This document shows positions 50,925-62,237 of a stretch of 64,000 nucleotides of DNA, in pieces. Each line of letters starts with the position of its first letter. Position 1 is the first letter of the stretch. The DNA lies in assembly GCF_018350175.1 (NCBI RefSeq), contig NC_058386.1, forward strand, positions 10,726,001 through 10,790,000, written 5' to 3'. The notes below the pieces were generated by a model, which was not told where the DNA came from, searched no databases, and was given only the letters and a program-made list of their open reading frames with translations. Position numbers and translations under genes: made by a program. Origin of the DNA: Felis catus (taxonomy: Eukaryota).

Positions 50925-51180
50925 GTTATTAGCAACTAACCATAACGACTAACATTTCCCGGGCGATGACTTCGTACCAAGCACAGCTCTAGAACTTTTC
51001 TTTTATTGTCCCATTATTTTTTAATTATTTTTAGTATTTTTTTAAATCTCATTTAACCTTCATAACTACCACTCCATTAATGAGGATCTCCACCTCCCAG
51101 GTGAGGGGACTGAGGGACAGACTGGTTAGGGCAGGTGACCCGCAAGGCAAGCCCTCCGATGGACAAGTGGCAGAGGTGGG
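50925..51180. mobile_element. MIR
   Basis: taccaagcacagctcta...tctcatttaaccttcataac...caggtgaggggactgaggga. Confidence 0.6.
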
Positions 51181-51402
51181 CAGGGCCCCATAATTTGAGC
51201 GGTTCTGCTACCGCTTGCCCTGTACAATGTCAGGTTAAAGATGAAGGTTGTACGGGTTTTTATAACATTCCCTTTTTTATCGGTCTGCTATCTAGATCAC
51301 AGTAAAACAGATATGTACCAGTTTCTTCACAGAGATGGTGAGACCTGTGCCCTTCACTTCATGTCCCCTCGCAGAAGAAAATTCTCACAGAGGCAGGGGG
51401 GC

Positions 51403-51842
51403 TGTATTAGTTCCCTAGGGCTGCTGTAACTAACAAAGCACTGCAAACAGGTGGCTTGGAATGACAGAAATTTCTCGTCTCACAGATCTGGACGCTAGAA
51501 ATCTGAGATTAAGGTGTGGGCAGGGCTGTGACCCCTCTGAAGGCGCTAGGGAAGATCCATTCTAGGCCTTTCTCCTAGCTTCCAGTGGCAGAGCTCCTGT
51601 CTTCACATGGCCTTCTCTTGCGGTGCATGTGTATCTCTGTGTCCGAATGCCTCCCTTTTAATAAGGACCCAGTCATAAGTGGATCAGGGCCACCCTAAAG
51701 ACCTCATTTTCACTTGATCACCTCTGTAAAGACCCTATGTCCAAAGAAGGTCACATCCTGAGGTGGGGTGGCGTCGGGGGAGGTTAGGACTGCAACCAAT
51801 CTTTTTTTTTTTTTTTTTTAGGGAACATAAGTCAACCTATAA
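51403..51842. mobile_element. MaLR solo LTR (MLT1B/C-like)
   Basis: tgtattagttccctagggctgctgtaac...aaagaccctatgtccaaagaaggtcacatcctgagg. Confidence 0.88.
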
Positions 51843-52659
51843 TAGTGATGATGATAGTATAATCTGGAGGTTTGAAGTAAACTCCGCAGATTTAGGAATA
51901 ATATAAAACAAGGTATGAAGTTCATCAAGTTTATAAATGATTCAAAGCCTCACTCACTTTGTAGAATGTCCCACACAAGCACAGCAAGTTTAGCATTCTG
52001 TGGGATATTTGAAAACCTCTGATTTAAGGCTCATAATTAATACTGAAACACCTCATTCATTCATTCAAAACAATATTAAGCACCAGGCACGACTTAGCAG
52101 GTAACTCCCGTGACATTTTGTTTAACTTACCTAGATCCCTACCTGACCAAGGTGAGAGGGACGGGGGCGGTTCATGGCCATTTCTGTGCCTGAGCTGTTT
52201 ATGCCGGAAAGACACAGTTTGTTACTGTATCTTCATTACACTCGCATCTATTTTCTATTGAATAACTATGTATTGAGTTTACTTTAAATCAGCAGATAAT
52301 TCTAAACGGCCTTTTAGATGACTGGGGTTTGCAGCCACCCTTAATTAGAACTTCTATCATAAAAGTGTCAACCTTTGGTGAGAAAAACACCTTATTCTAC
52401 TCTCTGGTAAAGACAAAGAAAGAAATCCCATATCCATCATATTTTCTTTTCAAAGAGCTGTAAAAACGAGCATTGCAACCAAATGTGGACATGCTTGAAC
52501 ACCTCCTCTCCTTCATCGTTGTATACTTTCCAATTAGAGTAATGGTTATTTCGTATGTATTTTGTCTAAAAGGTAAAATTTATTTCTGAAGATGAAGGAA
52601 AGAAATGTATTTTATGTAAAATAGAAAGTAGTGTTTTAAAAATACTTGTTTGGGTATAC

Positions 52660-52839
52660 TTTTTTTTTTTTTTGAGAGAGAGAGACAGCGAGCGAGCGAG
52701 CGAGCGAGCGGGAGAATCTTAAGAAGTCTCCCGCTCAGCTCGGAGCCTGATGAAGGGCTTGATCTCACAAACTGTGCGATCATGACCTGGGCTGAAATCA
52801 AGAGTCGGACACTTAACCTACCGAGCCACCGGGTGCCCC
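52660..52839 (-). mobile_element. CAN-SINE
   Basis: Reverse SINE with a (GCGA)n variant tract. Confidence 0.88.
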
Positions 52840-52994
52840 TAAAAAGTCCTATATTAAAACGCCTCCTCGGAGTGACAGAGCTGAGGCGGGACTGGATGCG
52901 GAATAGCAGGAACTTACAAAATAACACCCAGGGCAGGAGACCACGCAAAAGGCAGGGCGTGGAAGGAAGCACGCGGGGCCAGGCACACACTTAC

Positions 52995-53433
52995 GTCGCT
53001 CCTCCCGGTGCCGCTCGGTCTCTGCGAAGTACTGGCGCAGCTCCTCGGTGATCTCCATGTTGCTCAGGTCGCACTCCACGCCCCCGTCCGACTCGCTGTC
53101 CGCCTCCTCCTCTGCGGGCCGAGCCCGCTTTTCTGTCGCGCAGGCCCGCGGACGCTGCCCGGACCTTCGAGTATGTGAGTGGCTGCGGCGCGAGTCCGGG
53201 GGGGCCGGGGGGCGGTCACGAGAGGGCCAAGGAGACCCGGCCTCGTCAGCGTAAGAGCTTCTGGGGAGAGACGCAGGAGGGAAGAACCACGGGCCGGTGA
53301 GGTAAGACTCCACGGCCTTCCTGTAGGCATTATGGTGGCTTCGCATCCAGGCCATCGCCTGATGGTAGTGTCGCCAGTATCTTGCGTATACGGGATGAGA
53401 AGACCAAGGCTCCGTAGTTTTCCAGGCTGCCGC
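52995..53433 (-). CDS. GEMIN8: GEMIN8 large internal coding exon (439 nt)
   Basis: Acceptor TTTATTTCGCAG|GCG and donor CGAC|GTAAGT. Translates [43 protein letters not shown]...[27 protein letters not shown], recognisable as Gemin8. Confidence 0.96.
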
Positions 53434-54001
53434 CTGCGAAATAAAGGGAGGTGGAGAACCGTCGAATGTTTGACTAAACCACAAGTATCCACCGGGTGTC
53501 TACTAAATACCTACTCTGCATCTACTCTGGTGCTACTCCTGCACCAGAGGACGCAGGACGGCCCACGCCCCCAGGAGACACCAAGTGTATGCACACGTGC
53601 TCTCACGTGCGCACGGGACGATGAGTTTAAGGTTACGGCCATGATAAAGTGGGGACAGAGGCTACTAATTATCACCATTAGATAAGACGCAGGGAGAGAT
53701 GAGGACGTCAACCATCTTGGCCCTCTCTACCCACTGTAAGTAAGCGACGGGTTCCACCAACCGCACGCACTAACGAGCAGGACCTTCTCCGGTCCTTCCC
53801 TCTCTGCTCCCTAAACACCTGCCGGCCTGGCTCACTCCTCGGTGCCCGGACAAAAGAGGTCTAGCAGCCTACCCAATGGTGCCTTCGAGTTTTCCGCCGT
53901 ATTTGTTTCTTTGGTCTTCTCCTTCATAGACTGAGAACACCAAGACTCTAAAGACTAAAGTGTACCCTTTTCTTTATGAGTTAAACAAAACAAAACCTTA
54001 C

Positions 54002-54013
54002 CATTGCTGCCAT
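54002..54013 (-). CDS. GEMIN8: GEMIN8 first coding exon, coding part (ATG GCA GCA ATG = MAAM)
   Basis: Minus strand reads TTTCCTAG|ATTCAG...CACAG ATG GCA GCA ATG|GTAAGG. Phase-0 donor at 54001 joins the next exon in frame. The MAA start matches the mammalian GEMIN8 N-terminus as I recall it. Confidence 0.85.
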
Positions 54014-54046
54014 CTGTGATGGTGGAAGACCAAATGGGCACTGAAT
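54014..54046 (-). other. GEMIN8: GEMIN8 33-nt 5'UTR part of the first coding exon
   Basis: Polypyrimidine tract and AG (TTGTTCTTTCCTAG) end at 54047; 33 nt precede the ATG. Confidence 0.75.
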
Positions 54047-54948
54047 CTAGGAAAGAACAAACACAGTTCAAACGTGTGGTCAGTACACGTGGGAGATATT
54101 CGTGGCTATTTCACGGTTTGTAAAGCAGCCCCTCAGAGGCTGCCTCCTCTCAGTACTGTGCCTCATCTTACCGCAACACACACTATGGGGCCCCGGCACG
54201 TGGGTTATGGCCTTGTGGGCTGAAAAGGAGGGCTCCCCTTAGGTCCGATTAAGTAGCTCAAAGGACACTGCATTTTTCAAACATTTGCTTACCCGCTGAA
54301 AGACTGGAGAGAACCATATAGTTCACAGCCAGTGCATATACAAAAAACATCAATATAGAACGTGAATTAACAACACGTAACTATTACTGACTTCATTTCC
54401 TAATCCTTAACTCATGCCGATGCCTGCTTAAATTAACCCTAGATGATCCCACAGTTTGGACAGAATACCTCTCGCCAACTCCCTGGAAACCACCGTTGGC
54501 TCTTGCCTCTGACCTGGGACCTGGAGAAGCCTCTCCAAATGAGATCTCTCTCCAGTGTGGGTTGGGCCCTGGGCTTTAAGCCCCCAGAAGAGCCTTGATT
54601 CGGTTTCGATTGTGACAAGCATCTCTCAGTGTGGTGTGACACCACACTGTCCCTGCCTGGCCACTGTGCCTGTCTTTGTAGCAGCAACTGTTCCATGAGA
54701 CCCTCCAGCAAGTGACCGCACAGAATGCCTTTGCTCAACAGCCTTGCTCTGACAGGATTTACTGCTTTTGCCCCTTCCCAACTGCTTCTGATTTACTGAT
54801 GTGGCAGAGGATACCTAAAGGTAAAGTTTAATCTGCAGCTGTACCTTTTAGAACCGATTTAAAACAGTTATTTTTTTCCATTCCTGTTCAAGAGTTCAGA
54901 GCTACTAAAATGCCAGCATGCATGAGAATGTATTTAAATAAAAAAAGA

Positions 54949-55190
54949 GGGGGCGGCGCCCGGGTAGCTCAGTCGGTGAGGCATCCGACTTCGGCTCAGG
55001 TCACGATCCCACAGTTCGTTCGTGAGTCCAAGCCCCGGCGTCGGGCTCTGTGCTGACAGCTCAGAGCCTGGAGCCTGCTTCGGATTCTGTGTCTCCCTGT
55101 CTCTCTGTCCTTCCCCCGCTCACACTGTTTCTCAAAAAAGGAATAAATGTCAAAAATTAAAAAAAACAAAAAAACAAAACAGAAATAATA
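54949..55190 (+). mobile_element. CAN-SINE
   Basis: Head, (CT)n and A tail present. Confidence 0.9.
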
Positions 55191-56296
55191 TCCTAAAATG
55201 CATGAGAATTTAAGCATCTGTGACAGGAAATCACTAACAACGCAATGCTGGGCAAACAGCACTTGGGTTTCGAAACTCTGGGACATCAGATACTGAAGGA
55301 GGCCTGTTTTTCCTCCTTCACTTAATTAGAGGGTGGAATTTAAAAATCTCTAAGCCTTAAGTAATAAACTTGACTTCTTTTGTAATCTCTATCAAATGTT
55401 TTGCTATGGTTAATGTGGAAAATTGAGATGTTACATTAACCCTATCTTTTAAGATCTGGCCTGAAGAGAACCATTCACTTTTTTAAATACACTAAGCTTT
55501 CAAACAGGCGATTTCTAAGAGGGTTGACACGATCTTCTGTAAATTTATCATGAACATAGCCTGCACTTCCTGTTCCCTGTTCTGAATTCAGGAATACACA
55601 CACATGCAGTGCGTGTAAACTGGGAGAAAGCTAACCAATGCAGTGAAAATATAAGTGTATGTTAAGTCCACGTTACTTTAAAACCATAAAGGTTTAAGAC
55701 ATAAATAAATAACTGAAGGTTTAAAACATGAGCACTTATCTGAAAACCTGGCTAACTCCCGCGTGCTTTACAAGCTACTGAAGAAATATAAAAGCCGATA
55801 CAACGAAGGGGTTAACCACGCAGAGAAGTGGCAATGACACAAATGAAATCACAGTGGAAATCGCTGGAGCGCCAAGCTGTAAGGTGCAGCCTGTGAGTGG
55901 CTAATTCCTTCCAGCTGGGTTTCATATTTAGCTCACTGAAATCTGAACACTTTCCCGAGAGCCCGCAGCACGTAATGCCATTGCAGTGAACTCCACGTGT
56001 GTCTTCAGCAAATTTGTTTTAGAGATTAACAAGTAGCATAGGAATTAAATTTGAAAAATCTAGGAGGCATCTGCGTGTCTTCTGGAAATGAAGAGTTTTG
56101 AATCCCGACTTCTGTGCCTCAAAAAATGCACTTAGAACCAGATCAGCGGAAGTATTAATTATCCCAAACTGGGAAGTGTGACAGCCTCAAATATGCAAGA
56201 AAGGTTATTGTGATTGAACCTACAGCAGACCTCAGGAAATCCCGTTTTGATTTGTACGTGGGAAAATCCAGCCTGGCTCTAAAAGTAATAGGACCA

Positions 56297-56472
56297 GGGG
56301 CACCTGGATGGCTCAGTCGGTTAAGCATCCGACTTCGGCTCAGGTCACGATCTCAGAGTCATGAGTTTGAGCCCCGCATCGGGCTCCATGCTCTCTGCCC
56401 CTCTCCAGCTTGCGTTCTGTCTCTCTGTGTTTCCCAAGAATAATAAATAAACATTCAAAAAAAATTTGTTTT
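56297..56472 (+). mobile_element. CAN-SINE, internally deleted
   Basis: TSD aaagtaataggacca / aaagtaatagtgcca. Confidence 0.88.
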
Positions 56473-56914
56473 AAAGTAATAGTGCCAGTATTCTGAAAAT
56501 GTCCAAGATGGCTTTACGAGAGGCAACTCTGTCACCACTTTTATTCTGACTGTGCTTTCCGCAACGTTTTGGCCGCTGGGACGCTTACAGTCAAACCTGC
56601 TGCCGTCCTCTGGCAAGTTGAGTCCTGGAGCTGGAGGGCGCGTACGCTCGTTCACCCTTAGCTTATCACTCTCCCTCCTCAAATTCCAAAACCTATGTTT
56701 CATAGATTCTTTTACATTTTCAGTATTTTCAGATTCCTAAAATCCTTCAGATATTCAGTTAAAAGCAGTTCCTGAGAATGTCTGACAAATTAAGGAAACT
56801 CCCAGAAATCAAATAAAACAAAGTACAGGAAAACACGGCCAAAGGAGGAGCAGCTTGCAAGGAGCTTTAGAATTATTGGCTTGCTCTTGCCAACACGACG
56901 CTTGGTATTTTACG

Positions 56915-57120
56915 CCTGCAACTTTTTTCTGTGAAGGGTCAAATCGTAAATATTTTGGGCTTGTGGGCCACATACAGTCTCTGTCACACATTCTTCATAT
57001 TCTTTTTAAAACTGATAAAAAAAAACAAAACCCAAACCCAACCCTTTGAAAATGCAAACCCCATTCTTAGCTCCCGGGCAGTACAAAGAGCAGGCTGCGG
57101 GCCACCCCTCGCTGCCCTGT
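56915..57120. mobile_element. MER58-like MITE
   Basis: tttttctgtgaagggtcaaatcgtaaatattttgggcttgtgggccacat. Confidence 0.75.
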
Positions 57121-58545
57121 GGTCTGTGAATGTCATGCAGCCACATCGACTCCGCTCTTGCACGTGGAGCACCCTCACTGCTGCTCGTTCTCGGCCTAGC
57201 GACCCCTGGAGGGACTCTGGGATTCTCACTCACCTAGTAAATGAGGAGGCTTGGAGGAAGACTAGTAAGCCAGACACATGTGACGATGACCACCAGCAGT
57301 CCTGGTGACCAGCTCCTACTATCTGGAGCAAAAGACTCGTCTCCACGACGAAATAAGGAACCTGGACCGTTTCTTAAAGATCGATATGGACATTTAAAGA
57401 CTTAATTAAAAGAACAAACTCCTGCGATCAACAGGGCTTAGAATGCACATGGAGTGCCGTGCTTTCTGGCGGAGACCCTGGCAACGGCCACGGGCCAGAC
57501 AGCAAGCCAAGGAAGGGAAGCCGGAGGTTCCCGGAGTCTCTTCCTTGGAAGAAAGAATACACAGCCTTCCCTGCAAAGTGTATCAGTTGGTTCCGAAGGG
57601 AAGTTGAGAACCTTCTCTAAAAACGGGTCCTGTGAACTCTTTCAAACTGGCTACCCTTTGCACACAGAGAACTCAAGGACCTAACAAAATGCCTGGGTTT
57701 CTGGAAAGCCAACCTGAAACGAATTTCTGGACACGACAGCAACACCTGTCCAAAGAAAAGCAAGCTTATGGCCACAGATTTAGATGCCTTTCAGTTGCCT
57801 TTATCTTTCGTTCCCCACCTCTTTGGGAGTGTCTCCTACTCTCTTATGGCACACGTCTTCCTGGACTGAACAGCAGCTTTTCTCCTAAGGGGATGGTGGA
57901 GCTGAAAGAAAAGAGAATGGCGATGTCAGGGCAGGCCGGGTTCCACGGTACCACCGACCCCGCAGCCCTCCCCAGCGAGCACAATGGCATCATAGTCACC
58001 ACCCAGCTGAGCCCAGGCGAGTACAGAGACCGAATTCATGGTCTGTCCTCAGCCACCAGAGGAGGAAGGGAAAAAACAGCGCTGAGGTCATTCACGAAAC
58101 GCTGCCGTGCCCTGGGTCTCGAACCGTAGATTTTCCCATACAGCTTTTCTTAGAAAATGCACTCGTTCTTCAATGAATATGCTTATCCTGGAGATGTACG
58201 TATGTACGGATTTAGGAGCTGTATTTTCAAATGCGTCAATATACAGGAGGGTAACAGACAAGAGCTTTGTTGTTTTCAATGAGAAAAATCCAACGATTTC
58301 CGTGAAGTTATTAAGAACCTCCACAAACACGTAATGCGGCTTTGTCAAAAGGTAGTAATGTCACATATGTTCTTTTAACAGCACATTTATGTTCCTATAA
58401 ATACAGGATATGGGAGGTGTCATCCCAACCAATAAAATAAAAACACAAATTCCCCCCAAACGATAATGTACACTCTGCAACTGGATTTTCCTCTCTAGCC
58501 TCCTTTTCCAAAAGAATTCTGAAAATTAAACACCTGAAAACTCAC

Positions 58546-58629
58546 CTGCTTTGATTCGTTTGCTTCGAAACCTATCGAGCCAATCATTAAGTTAGTTATG
58601 CTGGCTAAAGGCCCTGGAGTCAAACCTTT
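58546..58629 (-). other. GEMIN8: Candidate upstream (5'UTR) exon of GEMIN8
   Basis: Consensus donor CAG|GTGAGT at 58545. Acceptor is uncertain (TTATCAG|AAAG|GTT; weak pyrimidine tract). Lies in unique sequence between the promoter and the first coding exon. Confidence 0.55.
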
Positions 58630-59036
58630 CTGATAAGGCTCCCAGCGATGTGGCTCTCTGAACCAACCAGATACTCTGGCGGATCGAATTGCGGCCTCCG
58701 GTATATGTTTCAGGGTAGAAGGGGGTCTGCTGGAGACCGCGCAGAATAAACGAAGGCACAATGAGAAATGTAAGTGACATAAATTGGGTCGTGTGATTCT
58801 AAGGCATTTCTGGATATGCAGTAATAACCCTCTCAGAGAAGGTATCTTCCAATAATGCTTGTACTAGTAGGAACTTCCTCAGCTAAGATAATAAAAGGAG
58901 GGTTTCTGACAGCACTGCTTCCTGCCCCCCACCCCCAGCTGCCTGAGGGCAATGTCAATCCCTTGATGCCCTCGTGGGCTCCCTCCTGTGGCTTCGCATG
59001 GTCCCTGCGGGTATTGTGGACATCAAGATGGCTGAA

Positions 59037-59226
59037 GGGATGCCTGAGTGGCTCAGTCGAATTTTGGCTCAGGTCACCATCTCACAGTTCGTGGGTTCGA
59101 GCCCCGCGTCAGGCTCTGTGCTGGCAGCTCGGAGCCTGGAGCCTGCTTCGGATTCTGTGTCTCCTTCTCTCTCTCTGCCCCTCCCCTGCTCACACTCTCT
59201 CTCTCGCAAAAATAAACAAACAAAAA
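59037..59226 (+). mobile_element. CAN-SINE
   Basis: TSD aagatggctgaag / aagatggctcaag. Confidence 0.9.
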
Positions 59227-60148
59227 GATGGCTCAAGACTGAATGGCCTTCTCCCACCCTCAGAAATCCAAGCTCGTCTTGGCCGCACACAGGCCTCCTA
59301 CAAGGGCACATGCTACTGAGTTCAGAAAGCCCGCATCTGTCTATAACGACTATCGTTAAAACTAATGGGTGAGGGAGCCAAAAAAGTTTTACTTCCTTCT
59401 CAACCCTTCAACCCCAAACCCCAATTTCCTCTCTTCTGGGTGATGCAGTTAGAAGTAATGTCACAAAGGAAGGTGCAGCACGGGGATGGACAGAGACTGA
59501 AAGGATGCAGTTAGGCGTTCTTTAACCAACAAAAACGAAAACAAATAACATTCCACCTACAAATGGCATTGTTTAACTTGTCAGCGGGGTGATGGATTTG
59601 TGAGTGGATTTATTTGCAAGTTCCCCAAATCCCCACGTGGCTAACATCAGAATCTTAAGTGAACTATGAGGCCACTCAAAGTTACTCTCTTACTCATGAA
59701 CACAACAGCCAATAGGAGTGTTGAAAACTGGGGTAACTAAGAAGGACAGAAGAGCAATACAGCTCAAACGGGGAAACAGGTAAGTTCCCCACACTGCAAG
59801 TGTATCCCTCACAGTTCAGAGCATATCAGCAAAAGCCATGACTAGTTTAAAGTGGTTAAGACCACCAGTAGATTTCAGGAGCTTTATTTCAAGTTTGACT
59901 TGTATAAACACATACACAGTAATTCCATTTAATCGCTGTCTTTTCTGAATTTATATGCCACTGACTATGCCCCACTTATTTAACCAATTACTTGTAGGCA
60001 TGGATTCTGCAAGCTCTTTCTTTTAAATGTCCTATTCTCCTTCTGGCATAAAAACCAGAGCTGTATTTCCCTGCCTTTGGATGCTGGTGCGATTGTTGTT
60101 TCCTGACAATAGCCTCTCCTCCTCCCTCCCTAAAGAAACTGAGTAGTC

Positions 60149-60383
60149 GGGGCGCCTGGGTGGTGCAGTCAGTTGAGCGTCCGCCTTCAGCCAGGTCACG
60201 ATCTCGCGGTCTGTGAGTTTGAGCCCCCCGTCGGGCTCTGGGCTGATGGCTCGGAGCCTGGAGCCTGCTTCTGATTCTGTGTCTCCCTCTCTCTCTGCCC
60301 CTCCCCCGTTCATGCTCTGTCTCTCTCTGTCCCAAAAATAAATAAAAAAAACGTTGACAAAAAAAAAAAAAATTAAAAAAAAA
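60149..60383 (+). mobile_element. Young SINEC_Fc
   Basis: Perfect TSD AAACTGAGTAGTC (60136-60148, 60384-60396). Confidence 0.95.
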
Positions 60384-60469
60384 AAACTGAGTAGTCACTC
60401 AAATAATTGTAAAGTTCCAAATCTTTTCAGGAAGCAGACGTTTAAATACATTAGTATGTTTAATATGCT

Positions 60470-60699
60470 TTTGGGTTTTTTTTTGAGAGAGAGAGAGCAC
60501 ATGCCCGTGTGTGCGGCAGGCACATGAGAGGGGGAGGGGCAGAGAGAGAGAAAGAGAGAAAGAGAGAAAGAGGATCCCAAGCAGTATCTGTACTGTCAAC
60601 GCAGAGCTGGACACGGAGCGCCAGCTCACGAATCACGTGAGATCATGACCTGAGCCGAAATCCAGAGCTGGACACTTAACTGAGCCACCCAGGCGCCCC
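60470..60699 (-). mobile_element. CAN-SINE
   Basis: TSD acattagtatgttt / acattagtaggttt. Confidence 0.88.
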
Positions 60700-61689
60700 A
60701 CATTAGTAGGTTTTCAAAAATATTTGCATCTGATCTTTGATCAACGGCGGTTATGCTGTTTTCTCACTTGTCCAACTGTTCTATGGCTGGATTTCCTATC
60801 GGAGGGAAGGAGCTCCAAGAGTTTTGCACTGAGTTTGTAATCCCTCCAGCCTCCACTCTGGCTGTAATTGTTCAATTCCACTCCGCCCCGCCCCCCACCT
60901 CACCCCCATCCTGCTCATCTCACCCCACCCTTAAATGCTGGATCCTAAAAAACAAAGTAATCCTTCACCGTCTGTCAGTTTTAGAATGAAAATTTCTCTC
61001 TGGAGCTTTCATTTGTGTACTTTCCCAGGGCAGCAACAAACAGAGATCTGAACTCCGTACTGTGAACCTGCCTTTGATTATACCCATCCCAGGTTACTAA
61101 CCAACGATCTTTAAAAATATACGGTATCTGTCTGCATTGCCATCCCCAGGGAGCTGTTATAAACTGTATTATAGACGTCATATTGGTAAAGGTTATCTCC
61201 ACCGCACAAATCACGGCAACCGTGAGTGAATAAGCCCAGAAGTGTTATTAATCTTTAGTCTAGACTTTCGAGTAATGTTATTCTGACTTCAGGTGCAAAA
61301 GAGCTGAATACAGAACCTAGCCTATGAAACGACTTTAAAAATCATCCCTGAAAACGATAAAATTATCTGTTCAGAACCATGTGATCTGTACTAAGGGACT
61401 CCCAGGATTTCAGAGGTAAAAGCTACTTCGCTGGTCCCTGGTTCAGCTCCACTCAGCTACTGAGGAAGAAAAGTGGGCAAAGATATTCTCCCCTTTCACC
61501 GATAAGGCCCTTTAAAGACTACCGGTGCCAAATGTTCTCCAGGTAACTTCCACCAAACTTTAGGACTTCCCACAGAGGTCAAAGTGTGAGGTAAAAGAAA
61601 GAAAACGCCAAGTTTTGAGTGGACGGGCCAATATTCCGGACATCCCTCCAAGGATGAGGCTGCCCTGGGCTGCACGGCCCAAGTCCGAA

Positions 61690-61875
61690 TTCACTTTCCA
61701 GACTTTTACTCGGCACCCCGGAATCACGTGGGCGAGCTTCACTAGAAACACCGATGCCCGGGCCCCACTTCTAGACACTCGAATTCGAATGGTCTGGGAT
61801 GGGGGCCCGGGCATCCGAATTCTTAAAAGTCTTCCGCTGATTCCGAAGCGCGGCAGAGCTGAGTCTCTGGAACCG
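61690..61875. mobile_element. MER5-like MITE at the promoter island shore
   Basis: gaatcacgtgggcgagcttc...gatgcccgggcccc...ggtctgggatgggggcccgggcatc. Confidence 0.6.
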
Positions 61876-62057
61876 GTTCTCTGTCACCACTGAACCGGCA
61901 ATGATTTAGGAATCTCACGGGCCCCGCGGGTCGATGCTAATTACGACAACGGGACAGCCAAGCCCTCGGCTCTCCCGGCATCAGAAGAAGCCAGGCTCCG
62001 GGGCCTCCAGGCTCCTCCCTCACTCCCCAAAGGAAACCCAGTAGTCCCCGGAGTCAC

Positions 62058-62170
62058 CTCGTGGGCTCGCAGCTTGCTGATCTCGGGCGGTGGGCGAACA
62101 TGGACCTATTTCCTGTGAGGAGACCGAAGGGGCGCGGGCGGGAGGGGCTGTTGCCCGGGAGACCAGAAAT
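62058..62170 (-). other. GEMIN8: Candidate first (non-coding) exon of GEMIN8
   Basis: Inside the CpG island just downstream of the ETS/E-box cluster; donor GAG|GTGACT at 62057. TSS position is a guess. Confidence 0.5.
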
Positions 62171-62217
62171 GCACTTCCGGCGCGGATCACGTGAGGCGCG
62201 CCACCGGAAGTCCCGGG

Positions 62218-62237
62218 CCGCCGCCGCCGCCGCCGCC
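62218..62237. repeat. (GCC)~7 tract in the promoter
   Basis: Direct reading. Confidence 0.9.

Noticed and set aside
52849-53484. 211-aa ORF as a stand-alone gene
   Set aside because: It is the GEMIN8 internal exon plus intronic read-through; splice sites delimit 53433-52995.
57632-58129. 165-aa antisense ORF in a GEMIN8 intron
   Set aside because: No recognisable domain, no retrocopy hallmarks, non-ATG start.
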